The notes: generated by a model not told the origin, from the letters alone. A stretch of 64,000 bases of DNA from Bacilli bacterium (GCA_035362935.1 DAOSEC010000008.1:12823-76822); one strand, 5' to 3'. Numbered from the stretch's first letter, positions 28,516 through 39,510 are shown. A program made the numbers and translations.

Positions 28516-31398
28516 TTATTCTTCGATTTTAATTAGACCTTCTCCAAATAAGGATCTAGCCTTTTCTACTGTCTTATTTTTCTCAGTTGTTAGTGGAGAT
28601 TCTATCTCATCTGCTACTCTTAAATCTGGATTGTCAATTGGTTTTAATTTTGGGAATTTAACTCCCATATTGTATTGACCAACGTATTCGCTTCGTTTTT
28701 CTACCCATATATCATTTGGTAAGGCAATGTACGATAATGGTTTCCCTAGTTTTGTTTTAAAAATTAGGTTTGCCTCATCTTTCATTTTCTTACTCATAAC
28801 ATGATTGCACATACTAATGGATGGATAGGTTATAATAATGGAGTTAATCCCAATTGCTGAAACAGTTGCATTCATTAACAGTCGTGCAATGTTTTCAAGA
28901 GAAACGCTTATTCCTTTGTCAAGATTTCTCCACTCAGAAATAATACGACTACGTTCACTTTTTGCCTCATCCGATCTTGAGTCATGTAAAATTTGTTCTA
29001 TGTATGATACATCATACGGATCCTTGATTTCTTTTTCAACAACAGGTGGTTCAGCTTTGATCACTTCTTTTTCTTTGTGTGGTTCTGATGCACCAGATTT
29101 CCCAATGATAATCGGCTTTTCTTCACGAACTTGCTTTTCTGTCTTTGGTGATATCACTGTTGTTGGCACTTCTTTTATTGGTGCTGTTTTTTCGGGTTGT
29201 ATCTCTATAGGGATTTTCTGGGCTTCTTGCTTGTCTTGTTTTGAAATGTTTTCAAACATTGAAAGTGTGGATAGGTTTTCGTGTTCTACAATTTGTAGTT
29301 TTCCTTCTACTTCACTTAATTTACTTCCAAGTTTTTTTACAAATTCGCTCAATTGTGCAAGTTTTATATCAATCTTGTCTACAAACACTTGTTTTTCATC
29401 TACTTGGTCAAACTTAGCATTTATACTTACCAACATCTCTTTGATTGTTTGTTTTAATTCTTCAATTAAATTTAGCAAATCATTGTTTTCGGTCGTCCAT
29501 TTAAGATTGAGTTCGGCAATCATTTTTTCATTTTCGTCGATTGATAGATTCACTTTTTCGATTGACAACTTTAAGTTTTCGTCGCTTTGTGTCATTGACT
29601 CACTTAGTTCAGTCATCAGATTAAGCATTTTGGTGTGATCGTTTTCAATATGTTCGATTTTATCATATACCAAATCGAGATTGACTTCTTTTTCTAAGGA
29701 GAACAAATCGGGAGCATCTATACTTGTTTGATCTATCTTACTTGTCTTATCTGCTACTTGTGTCAAATCTATCGAATCAATCACTTGTTTTAATTCTTTG
29801 ATTTCCTTTTGAACTTTTTCATGTTGGTGCTTCAACTGCTTTTCAAGTGTGATTTTATCTTCTTCTAGTTGATTCACTTTTAGATATAAATCATCAAACT
29901 TGATTGTTGAGTTTTCCAAATCAAACACTGGTTTTTCTTCTTCGTCTAATGTGAATAATTCTTGACCGCTGTTTTTCAGTTGGTTTAGTTCCGTTCTTAT
30001 GTTTTCTATTTCTATTGAATAATCAATTACTGGTTCGTTATACTTTAAGTTGGCTAGTTGTTTTTTAATTTCATCTAGTTCAACTGAATAATCATGACCA
30101 CCTTGTTGTGAAATCATTTCGTTCGCATCTATTTTTTGCTTTAATTTTGGAAGTTCTAATTTTGTAATTTCACTGATGAGTTTATTTACTTTTGCATCAA
30201 TCATCTCAATTTTAGAATTATCCACAGTCCCATTTTCAACGTGATGAGATACTCCCTTCATATTGAGAAGACGTTCTTCGATTTGATGTATTTTATGTTG
30301 AATGTCTAGATCGTCATCGGTCATATTAATAATCTTCATAACACCAACTTCTAAATAGATTCTTGGGTTATTTGAGTATTTTAATTTGTTTTGAATATCC
30401 ATAATAACATCGATGTAAAAATATACTCGCTTTTTGTCAATCTTTGATGCTAACTTTTTAAATTCTGGATTATCAAATATATATTTAAAGACGGTTTGTC
30501 CTGTTGTATTTTGATATAGTAAGATATCTCTACAGAATTGAAGCAACCCTGAAACAAGACGGTTCACTTCTTTTCCAAGTTCTAAAATTTCATCCACAAT
30601 TTTTATTGCTTCTGCTACATTGGTTCCCTCAAAACTATTTACCAAATCAATTAACTTATAATTTGAGATGCGACCAGTCACGCTATTGACATCATCAATT
30701 GAAATGACATCATCACTATACGAAATCGATTGGTCTAAAATACTTAACGCATCGCGCATACCGCCTTCAGCTGTTTCAGCGATAGCATCAAGTGCATCTT
30801 CTTTCACTTTAATGGCTTCTCGTTTTGTCACTTCTTGTAATTTTATTTTAATTTCTTGACTAGATAGTGCCTTGAAATCAAATCGTTGGCATCTTGATAT
30901 GATTGTCATAGGTATCTTATGGGCTTCGGTGGTTGCTAAAATAAATATGACGTGTGCAGGCGGTTCCTCTAATGTTTTAAGCAACGCATTAAATGCAGAA
31001 GTTGATAACATATGTACTTCATCAATAATATATACTTTAAACTTAGAATTGGATGGTAGATAATTCACCTTTTCTAAGATTTGACGAATCTCTTCTACCC
31101 CATTGTTGCTTGCGGCATCGAGCTCAATGATATCTGTGGATTGGTTGTACATAATAGACAAACAACTAGCACATTGATTGCATGGTTCTTTGGTTGGAGC
31201 AGACGCACAATTGACCGCTTTCGCTAGAAGTCTGGCAATCGTTGTTTTTCCGATACCTCTTGGACCACTAAACAAATACGCATGGCTAATCTTATTTGCC
31301 TTGAGTGCGTTTTGTAATGTTTTTTTAATGTGGTTTTGTCCTGCTACTTCGGAAAACGTGGATGGTCTATATGTTCTATATAATGCTTTATATGCCAT
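28516..31398 (-). CDS. dnaX: DNA polymerase III subunit tau (DnaX), unusually long with internal coiled-coil insertion
   Basis: 960 aa. N-terminal AAA+ clamp-loader module (GPRGIGKTT, zinc-binding CNQCASC, SRC). About 350 aa of heptad-rich, K/E/L/N-rich sequence follows domain III. The C-terminal tau-specific domain is retained. Confidence 0.85.
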   Translation of the reverse strand: MAYKALYRTYRPSTFSEVAGQNHIKKTLQNALKANKISHAYLFSGPRGIGKTTIARLLAKAVNCASAPTKEPCNQCASCLSIMYNQSTDIIELDAASNNGVEEIRQILEKVNYLPSNSKFKVYIIDEVHMLSTSAFNALLKTLEEPPAHVIFILATTEAHKIPMTIISRCQRFDFKALSSQEIKIKLQEVTKREAIKVKEDALDAIAETAEGGMRDALSILDQSISYSDDVISIDDVNSVTGRISNYKLIDLVNSFEGTNVAEAIKIVDEILELGKEVNRLVSGLLQFCRDILLYQNTTGQTVFKYIFDNPEFKKLASKIDKKRVYFYIDVIMDIQNKLKYSNNPRIYLEVGVMKIINMTDDDLDIQHKIHQIEERLLNMKGVSHHVENGTVDNSKIEMIDAKVNKLISEITKLELPKLKQKIDANEMISQQGGHDYSVELDEIKKQLANLKYNEPVIDYSIEIENIRTELNQLKNSGQELFTLDEEEKPVFDLENSTIKFDDLYLKVNQLEEDKITLEKQLKHQHEKVQKEIKELKQVIDSIDLTQVADKTSKIDQTSIDAPDLFSLEKEVNLDLVYDKIEHIENDHTKMLNLMTELSESMTQSDENLKLSIEKVNLSIDENEKMIAELNLKWTTENNDLLNLIEELKQTIKEMLVSINAKFDQVDEKQVFVDKIDIKLAQLSEFVKKLGSKLSEVEGKLQIVEHENLSTLSMFENISKQDKQEAQKIPIEIQPEKTAPIKEVPTTVISPKTEKQVREEKPIIIGKSGASEPHKEKEVIKAEPPVVEKEIKDPYDVSYIEQILHDSRSDEAKSERSRIISEWRNLDKGISVSLENIARLLMNATVSAIGINSIIITYPSISMCNHVMSKKMKDEANLIFKTKLGKPLSYIALPNDIWVEKRSEYVGQYNMGVKFPKLKPIDNPDLRVADEIESPLTTEKNKTVEKARSLFGEGLIKIEE

Positions 31399-31453
31399 AA
31401 TCGTGCCTACCCTTCATAAATTTCAAATAATTGGTCCAGTTATATTAATTATA

Positions 31454-33301
31454 TCATAGCTTTCTTTGCTTTTGTATAGGTTTTTTCGAAAAGTTAGTGT
31501 GTTGTTGATGCGAACTCGGTGTAATTGGTCGAATTAAACAGTTTGGGCCATACCCAATTAAATCTTTACGATTTGCTTTCACAAGTGCATCATAAACAAG
31601 TTGATAATTTTTTGGATTTTTAAATTGCATCAAAGCTCGTTGCATTGCTTTTTCTTCCTTTGTGTCTGCAACATACACAGGTTCTAGGGTTCTTGGATCC
31701 ACTTTAGTGTAATACATACATGTTGCAAGTGTAGATGGAGTCGGATAGAAATCTTGTACCTGTTCGATGTATAGATTGTGTTTCTTGATGTATTCTGCAA
31801 GCATGATCGCATCCTTTAAAGTAGACCCCGGATGAGAACTCATCAAATATGGAACTAAGAATTGATTTTTATTGTGTTCTTTGTTGATTTTCTCATACTT
31901 TTGGACAAACGATTCATACAATTCAAAATTTGGTTTTTGCATATACTTCAAAACCTGATTGCTTACATGTTCTGGTGCGACTTTTAGTTGCCCCGAAATG
32001 TGGTGTTCCACAAGTTCGTGAAAAAACGTATCGTTTTTATCATACATCAAATAATCATATCGAATTCCGCTACGAATAAATACCTTTTTCACTTTATCTA
32101 ATTTACGAACTGCTCTTAATATATCTAAATAATTGTCATGACTCACTTTTAAGTTCTTACAACGAACCGGATGCAAACATTCTTTACCAATGCATGCTCC
32201 TTTTTGTAGTTGTTTATCACATGCTGGATCGTAAAAGTTTGCCGTTGGACCACCAATGTCGTGGATGTACCCTTTGAACTCTTTGTCATTGATGATTTTT
32301 TGTGCTTCTTCAACAACAGAATCTTTGCTTCTAGATTGCATGATTCTTCCTTGATGTTGTGTAATCGCACAAAAACTACAACTTCCATAGCATCCACGAT
32401 TCACCACTATGCTATGTCTAACTTCATCGATTGCAGGAATATGTTCTTTATAACTATAGTGATAATTTCGTTCATACGGAAGGCTATAAACCCAATCTAA
32501 GTATTCTTGATTGAGTGGTTCACTTGGTTTATTTTGAATAACATATATATCTTTGTATGGTTCTACTAATATTTTGCTTGTAAAGAAGTCATTATTTTGG
32601 TGTTGAATATAGAAACTTTTCGCATAATTTAACTTATCTGCTAATAATTCATCATAACTGGGTAGCATCACTTTGGAATTAGGCAAGAATGTTTCATTCT
32701 TTGATTTCCATACCGTACCTTTGATGAAATTCAAATCTTTGATGCTCATGCCAGTGTTTAAGTAGTCAGCAATCTCAACAATTGTCTTTTCGGCCATTCC
32801 ATAAACCAACAAATCAGCACTTGCATCAAGTAGAATCGATCTTCTTAAACTGTTTTGAATATAGTCATAATGAGCAAGCCTACGCAAACTCGATTCAATA
32901 CCACCAATAATAATCGCAGAATCAGAAAACAAGTTACGAACAATCTTACTATATGTAATGGTAGTTTTATCAGGGCGCTTCCCCATAACCCCACCTGGAG
33001 TATAATAATCTTTTTCACGTCTTCTTTTACTAGCTGTATAATGATTCACCATCGAATCTATGTTACCGGCTGTAATTAAAAATCCTAGCCTTGGTTTTCC
33101 AAATTGTTTAAATACGTTTGGATTATTGATGTCTGGTTGTGCAAGTATGGCTACTTTATAACCAAATGCTTCTAGTACTCGTGATATAATGGCTGCACCG
33201 AATGAGGGATGATCGATATAAGCATCCCCACTGATTAATATAAAATCAACAAAATCCCAGTTTCGGTTGATAAGATCTTGCTTACAAATTGGTAAAAACA
33301 T
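31454..33301 (-). CDS. ygiQ: YgiQ-family radical SAM protein (UPF0313)
   Basis: The ORF extends to 33478, but the start is taken at MFLPICKQD (33301). CxxxCxxC-type radical SAM cluster motif CYGSCSFC plus a YgiQ-type C-terminal region. Confidence 0.75.
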   Translation of the reverse strand: MFLPICKQDLINRNWDFVDFILISGDAYIDHPSFGAAIISRVLEAFGYKVAILAQPDINNPNVFKQFGKPRLGFLITAGNIDSMVNHYTASKRRREKDYYTPGGVMGKRPDKTTITYSKIVRNLFSDSAIIIGGIESSLRRLAHYDYIQNSLRRSILLDASADLLVYGMAEKTIVEIADYLNTGMSIKDLNFIKGTVWKSKNETFLPNSKVMLPSYDELLADKLNYAKSFYIQHQNNDFFTSKILVEPYKDIYVIQNKPSEPLNQEYLDWVYSLPYERNYHYSYKEHIPAIDEVRHSIVVNRGCYGSCSFCAITQHQGRIMQSRSKDSVVEEAQKIINDKEFKGYIHDIGGPTANFYDPACDKQLQKGACIGKECLHPVRCKNLKVSHDNYLDILRAVRKLDKVKKVFIRSGIRYDYLMYDKNDTFFHELVEHHISGQLKVAPEHVSNQVLKYMQKPNFELYESFVQKYEKINKEHNKNQFLVPYLMSSHPGSTLKDAIMLAEYIKKHNLYIEQVQDFYPTPSTLATCMYYTKVDPRTLEPVYVADTKEEKAMQRALMQFKNPKNYQLVYDALVKANRKDLIGYGPNCLIRPITPSSHQQHTNFSKKPIQKQRKL

Positions 33302-33476
33302 ATGACACCTCAATACAATGAATATAGTATCATAATCATTGGGTTTTTTCAATCTATTCATAGAAGTTTGATAGAGGCAAAACAAGTAAACGTTTTTAAT
33401 TGTGAATCTATCATTTACTTGATTCTTAATATCGTGTATAATTACGTTGGAATTTATGAACCTGTAGGAGGTATCC

Positions 33477-35141
33477 ATGGGGATCTTACTAACGACGATT
33501 GATGTACAAAAAATGATCTTTTATATTTTAGGTGGGTTGGGTATTTTCTTATACGGCCTTCATCTAATGGGAGAATCACTAAAAAATCTCGCTGGTGCTA
33601 AATTAAAAATACTTATTGAAAAAACAACTAACACCCCTTTAAAAGGAATTTTAATGGGGATTGCTATCACCGTATTAATTCAATCTTCCTCTGGAACAAC
33701 CGCATTAACCGTTGGATTAATTGGTGCAGGATTAATGACACTACCTCAAGCAATCGCTGTCATCATCGGTGCTAACATTGGTACAACTGTAACCTCATTC
33801 TTAATCGGCCTAAAAATCGCAAATTATGCACTCCCGATGATCGGGGTTGGAGCGTTTGCAATCTTCTTCTCAAAACGAAAAAAAATATCCTTAATGGGAA
33901 GCGCTTTGATGGGATTTGGAATGTTATTTTTTGGATTAGAAATGATGGGTCAACAGCTAAAGGTGTTGACAACAATGGATTTCTTTCAATCAACAATGAT
34001 TACATTATCAACCCACCCTATATTAGGAGTATTAGTGGGTACCACCTTAACTGCACTTGTTCAATCATCAAGCGCATCTATTGGTATTTTACAAGAACTA
34101 TACTCCACCGAAACGATTCCTCTGATTGCTGCAGTACCAATTCTTCTTGGATCAAACATCGGTACAACCATAACTGCAATTCTTGCATCCATGGGTTCTT
34201 CCAAAGATGCAAAACGATCCGCTCTTGCCCATGTGTATTTTAATACCATAGGTACTTTAGCCTTCTTATTGTTCTTAAAACCATATACACAACTGTTCAT
34301 TTGGATTGAACGTAACTATTTAGAGGCGGGAGACAAATTAACCATTGCCTTTGCACATATGGGGTTTAACATTATAACAACCATTATTATGTTTTTCTTG
34401 ATTAAATACCTTGTTTTAATAGTAGAAAAATCAATACCAAAATCACCGTCTGAAACATTTGTTGTATCGGTCGATCAGTTGAATCATAATTTAATTCAAT
34501 CTGCTCCAATCCTTGCATTAGAAAATGTCAAAAAAGTGATTTCTGATATGGGATGCTCGGTGCTTAAGATGTTTAAGATTACCAAAGATTATATCAATGC
34601 AGATGTTCATAAGTATTTCGAAGATATTACTATTCTTGAAAACATTACAGATACCTACGATAATAAGTGTCACGATTATCTTGTAAAATTAAGTGGTCAA
34701 TCTTTATCAAAGGAAGAACAACATTTGCAATCCATTTGTTTTGATACTATTCGTGATTTTGAACGTATCGCAGACCATTGTTTAAACATTGCACAATTCA
34801 TGAATGACCGCTATGAAAATAAGGTCGTCGTTAATAAAGATGTGTTAGAAGATTTAAACACCATGGTTGATTCATTATCCGATATGCTTGTTGATGCAAT
34901 CACAGCTTTCCAAGAATTTGACAAACGAAAAGCAGAGTTTGTTTTAGAAAAAGAACCACTCATTGATATGATGGAGAAGAAGTATCGAAAAGCACATTTA
35001 AAACTCGTTAGTGATGGTGTCATTAGCACAGTAGATTTACACTTTGTTGATATCTTAGCGAATCTCGAACGAATCGGAGATCACGCAGAAAACATCGCAG
35101 AGAATGTATTAAACGAAAGCATTCACGACATAGAAGACTAA
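33477..35141 (+). CDS. Na+/phosphate cotransporter (NptA family) with C-terminal PhoU-like domains
   Basis: 554 aa. Duplicated QSSS(G/A)T motifs in the transmembrane part. The C-terminal soluble region is PhoU-like. Confidence 0.8.
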   Translation: MGILLTTIDVQKMIFYILGGLGIFLYGLHLMGESLKNLAGAKLKILIEKTTNTPLKGILMGIAITVLIQSSSGTTALTVGLIGAGLMTLPQAIAVIIGANIGTTVTSFLIGLKIANYALPMIGVGAFAIFFSKRKKISLMGSALMGFGMLFFGLEMMGQQLKVLTTMDFFQSTMITLSTHPILGVLVGTTLTALVQSSSASIGILQELYSTETIPLIAAVPILLGSNIGTTITAILASMGSSKDAKRSALAHVYFNTIGTLAFLLFLKPYTQLFIWIERNYLEAGDKLTIAFAHMGFNIITTIIMFFLIKYLVLIVEKSIPKSPSETFVVSVDQLNHNLIQSAPILALENVKKVISDMGCSVLKMFKITKDYINADVHKYFEDITILENITDTYDNKCHDYLVKLSGQSLSKEEQHLQSICFDTIRDFERIADHCLNIAQFMNDRYENKVVVNKDVLEDLNTMVDSLSDMLVDAITAFQEFDKRKAEFVLEKEPLIDMMEKKYRKAHLKLVSDGVISTVDLHFVDILANLERIGDHAENIAENVLNESIHDIED

Positions 35142-35151
35142 AATATATATA

Positions 35152-35188
35152 TAAAACCGACTCTTATTAATAAAGAGTCGGTTTTTTT
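35152..35188. terminator. bidirectional terminator between convergent genes
   Basis: aaccgactctt-attaataa-agagtcggtt with an A-tract and a T-tract. Confidence 0.65.
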
Positions 35189-35189
35189 A

Positions 35190-37457
35190 TTATCTTCTTA
35201 AGGCATCAATTGGTGGTTTTTTAGCAGCTTTAGAAGCTGGAATTAATCCACCTAGTATCGCAATCACAATACTACCAATAATTGCATTGATTACTGATGA
35301 TACTTTTAAATATAAGAATGTTCCATCGTTGTATGGGAACGAACTTGAGATAACGTCTCCAAAATGCTTATAAATCAGTGTGTCACCAAATGCCATTAAG
35401 ACAAGAGTGAATATTACACTCATGATTCCAGCAAGAAGGCCAATCATTGCAGTTTCAGAAACAAAGATATTTTTGATATCTGTTTTAGTTGCACCAAGGC
35501 TTCTTAACAATCCGATTTCTCGCTTTCGTTCCAAAATCGAAATATAAAGTACCATGATTAACATGATAATTGCTGTTATTAAAGCAACTCCGACAATTAA
35601 ACTAATACCAAACTGAATAATGTGTGTAATAATTTTAATTAGTAGTTGCCACTCTCCATTCACATTTCCTTGTTCTCTAACTGCGATGCCAGCATTTTCA
35701 AGTTTTGTAATAATGGATGTTTTTTGATTAATTTTGTTTTGAAATAAATATGCTACATATGAATTTGAACTATAGTCAAAAGTTTTATTGTTAAAATAAA
35801 CTACGCCTTCTTCTGTGAAATATAGTTCTGCATTTTGTGGAGAACTTATAACCCCTACAATCGTGTATGCTTTCATCGAAACAATTTTGTCTGCTTCATA
35901 CCAACCATACCGATCTATGTTTGCTTTCACATGGTATGTTTCGTTTTGATAAACCTCCAATGTACAAACAACAATTTCATAATTTTTTGTCATTAAAATC
36001 GGTGTGCCAAAGATTTCTAGTGCCCATTGCATATTTTGTTCTTTGGTTCCATACTTTACTTCATCGATGTTATCAATATCATAAACAATACTACAACTAT
36101 TATAATGAATTGGATCATTACTTCTATAATCAAAGTCTGGTTTCAACTCATCTACAAAATATATTGGTTGATCTTTCACAATTTGCCACAACTGTTCAAC
36201 TGGTAATGTATATTGCTTGGTTAGTTGTCTTGCCATATTTGGACTTATCACAACCTCAGTATCTGATATTGGCATACGACCATCTTCAATGAGTTCCTTG
36301 CTTCGCCCTAGATAGTCAATATTACTCGGCACAACTTTATAATTATTGGCCATTGCAATATCCGTCATTGTAGACTGTTCTAGAGGTTTGCTTGAATAAA
36401 TAAATGATGTTCGTTTGTATTGATAGATTTCATCGATTTCAGGAATCAGTTGTTTTATCTTTTGATAGGATGAACTCATATCTTGTTGTGGAGTTGGATT
36501 GTAATAATTTGTGGATGTCTCCTCTACTTCTAAAAATAGTTCTGGAGAACGCAAAATTTGATTTTGTTCAGCATCAATTTCTCTACGAATTCCACTTCCA
36601 ACAGTATCAATTGCTAATAATCCGGTTAGTCCGATTGATAACCCTAGGGCAATCAGTAGTGTTCTCCATTTTCGATTCATTATGTTTCGAAAAGCTAGTC
36701 GGAAACTATCCATAAATCCGAATTTTGTTTTTTCTATTTTTGATTTTAATTCTACTTTTACTTTTTGATTTGAAGATGATTCCCCTTTGGAATCAGATGT
36801 AATCACACCATCATCTAATCGTATTACTCTATCCGCATAACTGTTAGCAATTTTTTTGTTATGCGTTACGATGATTACAAGCTTATCTTTGCTTATCTCT
36901 TTGATTAGATTCATCACTTCATCACTTGTCTTTGAATCAAGTGCACCAGTTGGTTCGTCTGCCATAATAATGTCAGGGTTATTGATTAAAGCTCGTGCAA
37001 TCGCAACTCTTTGGCGTTGCCCACCTGATAGTTTTTTAGGTGTTTTGTGTAAATGATCTTTTAATCCAAATTGAACTAGTAAGTCCGTTGCTTTTTGCAT
37101 ACATTCGTGTTGCGTGATTCCTTGAAGTTTGGATGCAAGTGCGACGTTTTCCACAATATTTAAATTATCAAGTAGATTATATTGTTGAAATACAAATCCG
37201 ATTTTATGATTGCGAAAATAATCCCACTCATCGTCTTTGAATTTTGTTGTGATTTTGCCATCTATAACCATATCACCGCTTGATGGTTCATCTAATCCAC
37301 CAATGATATTTAGAAGTGTTGTTTTCCCGCATCCTGATGGTCCAAGAATCGCAACAAACTCGCCACGATCTAGTTCTAAATTAATTCCTTTTAACGCATG
37401 AAATCCAATGTTGTTGGTACGATATATTTTGTGAATATCTACAAGTTTAATTAACAT
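35190..37457 (-). CDS. fused ABC ATPase + FtsX-type permease (MacB-like), copy A
   Basis: 755 aa. N-terminal Walker A/B and LSGGQRQRVAIARAL. C-terminal large extracytoplasmic domain plus 4 TM FtsX fold. Confidence 0.8.
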   Translation of the reverse strand: MLIKLVDIHKIYRTNNIGFHALKGINLELDRGEFVAILGPSGCGKTTLLNIIGGLDEPSSGDMVIDGKITTKFKDDEWDYFRNHKIGFVFQQYNLLDNLNIVENVALASKLQGITQHECMQKATDLLVQFGLKDHLHKTPKKLSGGQRQRVAIARALINNPDIIMADEPTGALDSKTSDEVMNLIKEISKDKLVIIVTHNKKIANSYADRVIRLDDGVITSDSKGESSSNQKVKVELKSKIEKTKFGFMDSFRLAFRNIMNRKWRTLLIALGLSIGLTGLLAIDTVGSGIRREIDAEQNQILRSPELFLEVEETSTNYYNPTPQQDMSSSYQKIKQLIPEIDEIYQYKRTSFIYSSKPLEQSTMTDIAMANNYKVVPSNIDYLGRSKELIEDGRMPISDTEVVISPNMARQLTKQYTLPVEQLWQIVKDQPIYFVDELKPDFDYRSNDPIHYNSCSIVYDIDNIDEVKYGTKEQNMQWALEIFGTPILMTKNYEIVVCTLEVYQNETYHVKANIDRYGWYEADKIVSMKAYTIVGVISSPQNAELYFTEEGVVYFNNKTFDYSSNSYVAYLFQNKINQKTSIITKLENAGIAVREQGNVNGEWQLLIKIITHIIQFGISLIVGVALITAIIMLIMVLYISILERKREIGLLRSLGATKTDIKNIFVSETAMIGLLAGIMSVIFTLVLMAFGDTLIYKHFGDVISSSFPYNDGTFLYLKVSSVINAIIGSIVIAILGGLIPASKAAKKPPIDALRR

Positions 37458-37465
37458 ATCATCAC

Positions 37466-39457
37466 CTACTCATTTCTCAATGCATCAATCGCTTTTAAGT
37501 TTGATGCTTGAATTGCTGGAATTAATCCACATAGAATACTATATAGGGTTGCTACTACAAAAATGATAGCTACTACAACAACATTCACTTGAATGATTTG
37601 CATATTTGAACCAAGTCCTACCATATCAGATACCATACCGCCTAATCCGTTAGAAAAAGAACGGTTGACAAATTGCCCGATGATAAACGATACTGCGAAT
37701 GCAAATACTGTGCTAACAAATCCGATTAATCCAGATTCAAATATGAACAAACTTTGAATGTTGCTTTTTCTTGCTCCTAGGGCATTTAAAATACCAATTT
37801 CTTTCGTGCGCTCAATGACCGATATATACATGATTAGTCCAATTAAGATACCTGATACAATTAGTGATAGGCTTGAAATAATAGTTAATACCGTTTGTGC
37901 AATGGATAAAAATTGTTTGATTTCTCGAACAGTGTTTTCGAACATGTTATATATTACAATACCATGATCATCTAGCAGGGTTGTTTGAATTCTAGATTTT
38001 AATTCATCCGTATCGTTATCCAAATAAATTACAATAGTTCCACTAACTATTTGTTGATAATCATCTTGTATGTTAATGTGATTTAACACATCTTGTTCTG
38101 TTGATAAAACACTTACACTTTGCATATCCAAAACACCAACAACTTTATATGTAATGGTTTCGGATAATCCCCATGTGGGTTCGCCTGTAATTGGGTTGAC
38201 AGAGGTTACGTTTCGAAGTGTAATTGATATGTTTGGATTTTCACTAATGCGATTATAAAGCTCTCTCGTTGGGATGGTTCCAGTTGTTGCATAAAACTTA
38301 TTTGCAAGCCCAGCTGAAACAATGATTTCGTTTGGTTGAGCTGGATATGCTCCAATTAAAAACGCATTTAAAGAAAAATTACTGCGTTTTGTTGGAATGG
38401 TTGTAATCGATGTTTCCACCTCTTCTCCAACGCTACGTTTTACAACAACATTTTGAACCACAAATTGATTTAGTGTTTCATCAATTCCATCAATTTGTTT
38501 TATTGTATTTCTTTTTTCTTCCGTCATTTCTTGCATATTAACGACTTGATATTCATTCGGTGGAACAACTTGAGAAATTGATCCTATAATATTATTTTCC
38601 AAGCCAAACAACATAAAGGACAATAAGAAAAATGTAATCATACCAATTGACATAGTTATGCTTGTAAATAGGGTTCTCATAGCCCTAGTTCTTAAATTGT
38701 TAGCGGCAAATTTTGCTGCCATGCTTAAGTTCATCTTTGGTCTTTTTTGATCTAAATGTCTTGAACCTTGCTTTTCAACTAGAACAACTTGATTTGAATC
38801 ACTCACAATTTCTCCATCATGTAATCGAATGATTCGGTTCGCATACGTGTTTGCAATTTCCTCTTCATGAGTAACCATAATGACAATCTTGTCTTTTGCT
38901 AATGTTTTCAAGATTCGCATTATGATTTCGCTCGTTTCGGAATCAAGAGCACCCGTTGGTTCATCAGCCATTATAATTAACGGATCAGTGACTAAACTTC
39001 TTGCGATGGACACGCGTTGTTGTTGCCCACCACTAATCTCACCAGGTCGTTTATAAAGATGTTTTTTCAGCCCAACAATTTCTAATTGTTCGATTGCTTT
39101 TTTGCGAGCTATTGATTTTTTCATTCCTTGAAGAAGAAGTGGTAACTCAACGTTCTCTACTAAGTTAAGATGATTGATCAAGTTAAATTCTTGAAAGACA
39201 AATCCAATGTAATAGTTACGATAAATAGCATAGTCTTTGCTGGTAAAATGTTTTGTTGAAGTTTCTTCGATAATAATCTCACCACTATCGATTTTGTCTA
39301 ATCCACTAATGACATTAAGTAGTGTACTTTTCCCACTACCCGATTCACCAAGAACTGCTACAAATTCTCCTGGTTTGATTGTCATGTTTATGTTTTTTAG
39401 TGCGTGAAAATCAACTGGTCCATAATATGTTTTATTTACGTTTTTTAGTGTCAGCAT
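37466..39457 (-). CDS. fused ABC ATPase + FtsX-type permease (MacB-like), copy B
   Basis: 663 aa. Same architecture as the adjacent paralog (GESGSGKST, ISGGQQQRVSIARSL). Confidence 0.8.
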   Translation of the reverse strand: MLTLKNVNKTYYGPVDFHALKNINMTIKPGEFVAVLGESGSGKSTLLNVISGLDKIDSGEIIIEETSTKHFTSKDYAIYRNYYIGFVFQEFNLINHLNLVENVELPLLLQGMKKSIARKKAIEQLEIVGLKKHLYKRPGEISGGQQQRVSIARSLVTDPLIIMADEPTGALDSETSEIIMRILKTLAKDKIVIMVTHEEEIANTYANRIIRLHDGEIVSDSNQVVLVEKQGSRHLDQKRPKMNLSMAAKFAANNLRTRAMRTLFTSITMSIGMITFFLLSFMLFGLENNIIGSISQVVPPNEYQVVNMQEMTEEKRNTIKQIDGIDETLNQFVVQNVVVKRSVGEEVETSITTIPTKRSNFSLNAFLIGAYPAQPNEIIVSAGLANKFYATTGTIPTRELYNRISENPNISITLRNVTSVNPITGEPTWGLSETITYKVVGVLDMQSVSVLSTEQDVLNHINIQDDYQQIVSGTIVIYLDNDTDELKSRIQTTLLDDHGIVIYNMFENTVREIKQFLSIAQTVLTIISSLSLIVSGILIGLIMYISVIERTKEIGILNALGARKSNIQSLFIFESGLIGFVSTVFAFAVSFIIGQFVNRSFSNGLGGMVSDMVGLGSNMQIIQVNVVVVAIIFVVATLYSILCGLIPAIQASNLKAIDALRNE

Positions 39458-39510
39458 AGAAGCCTCCTTAGTTTCTTAGATTATACACGTTATGCTTCCT
39501 TTTTACAACC

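Noticed and set aside
28838-29638. 266-aa plus-strand ORF (and similar ORFs at 35867-36292 and 17870-18295) nested antisense inside large minus-strand genes.
   Set aside because: They lie entirely antisense to well-supported genes (dnaX, the ABC/FtsX gene, the SNase gene). Their Ser/Phe/Ile-rich composition reflects the complement of AT-rich codons. They are shadow ORFs.
31399-31453. Expected SRP RNA (scr), which sits upstream of dnaX in Bacillus.
   Set aside because: The dnaX-ygiQ intergenic region is only 55 bp, too short for a 4.5S/SRP RNA.
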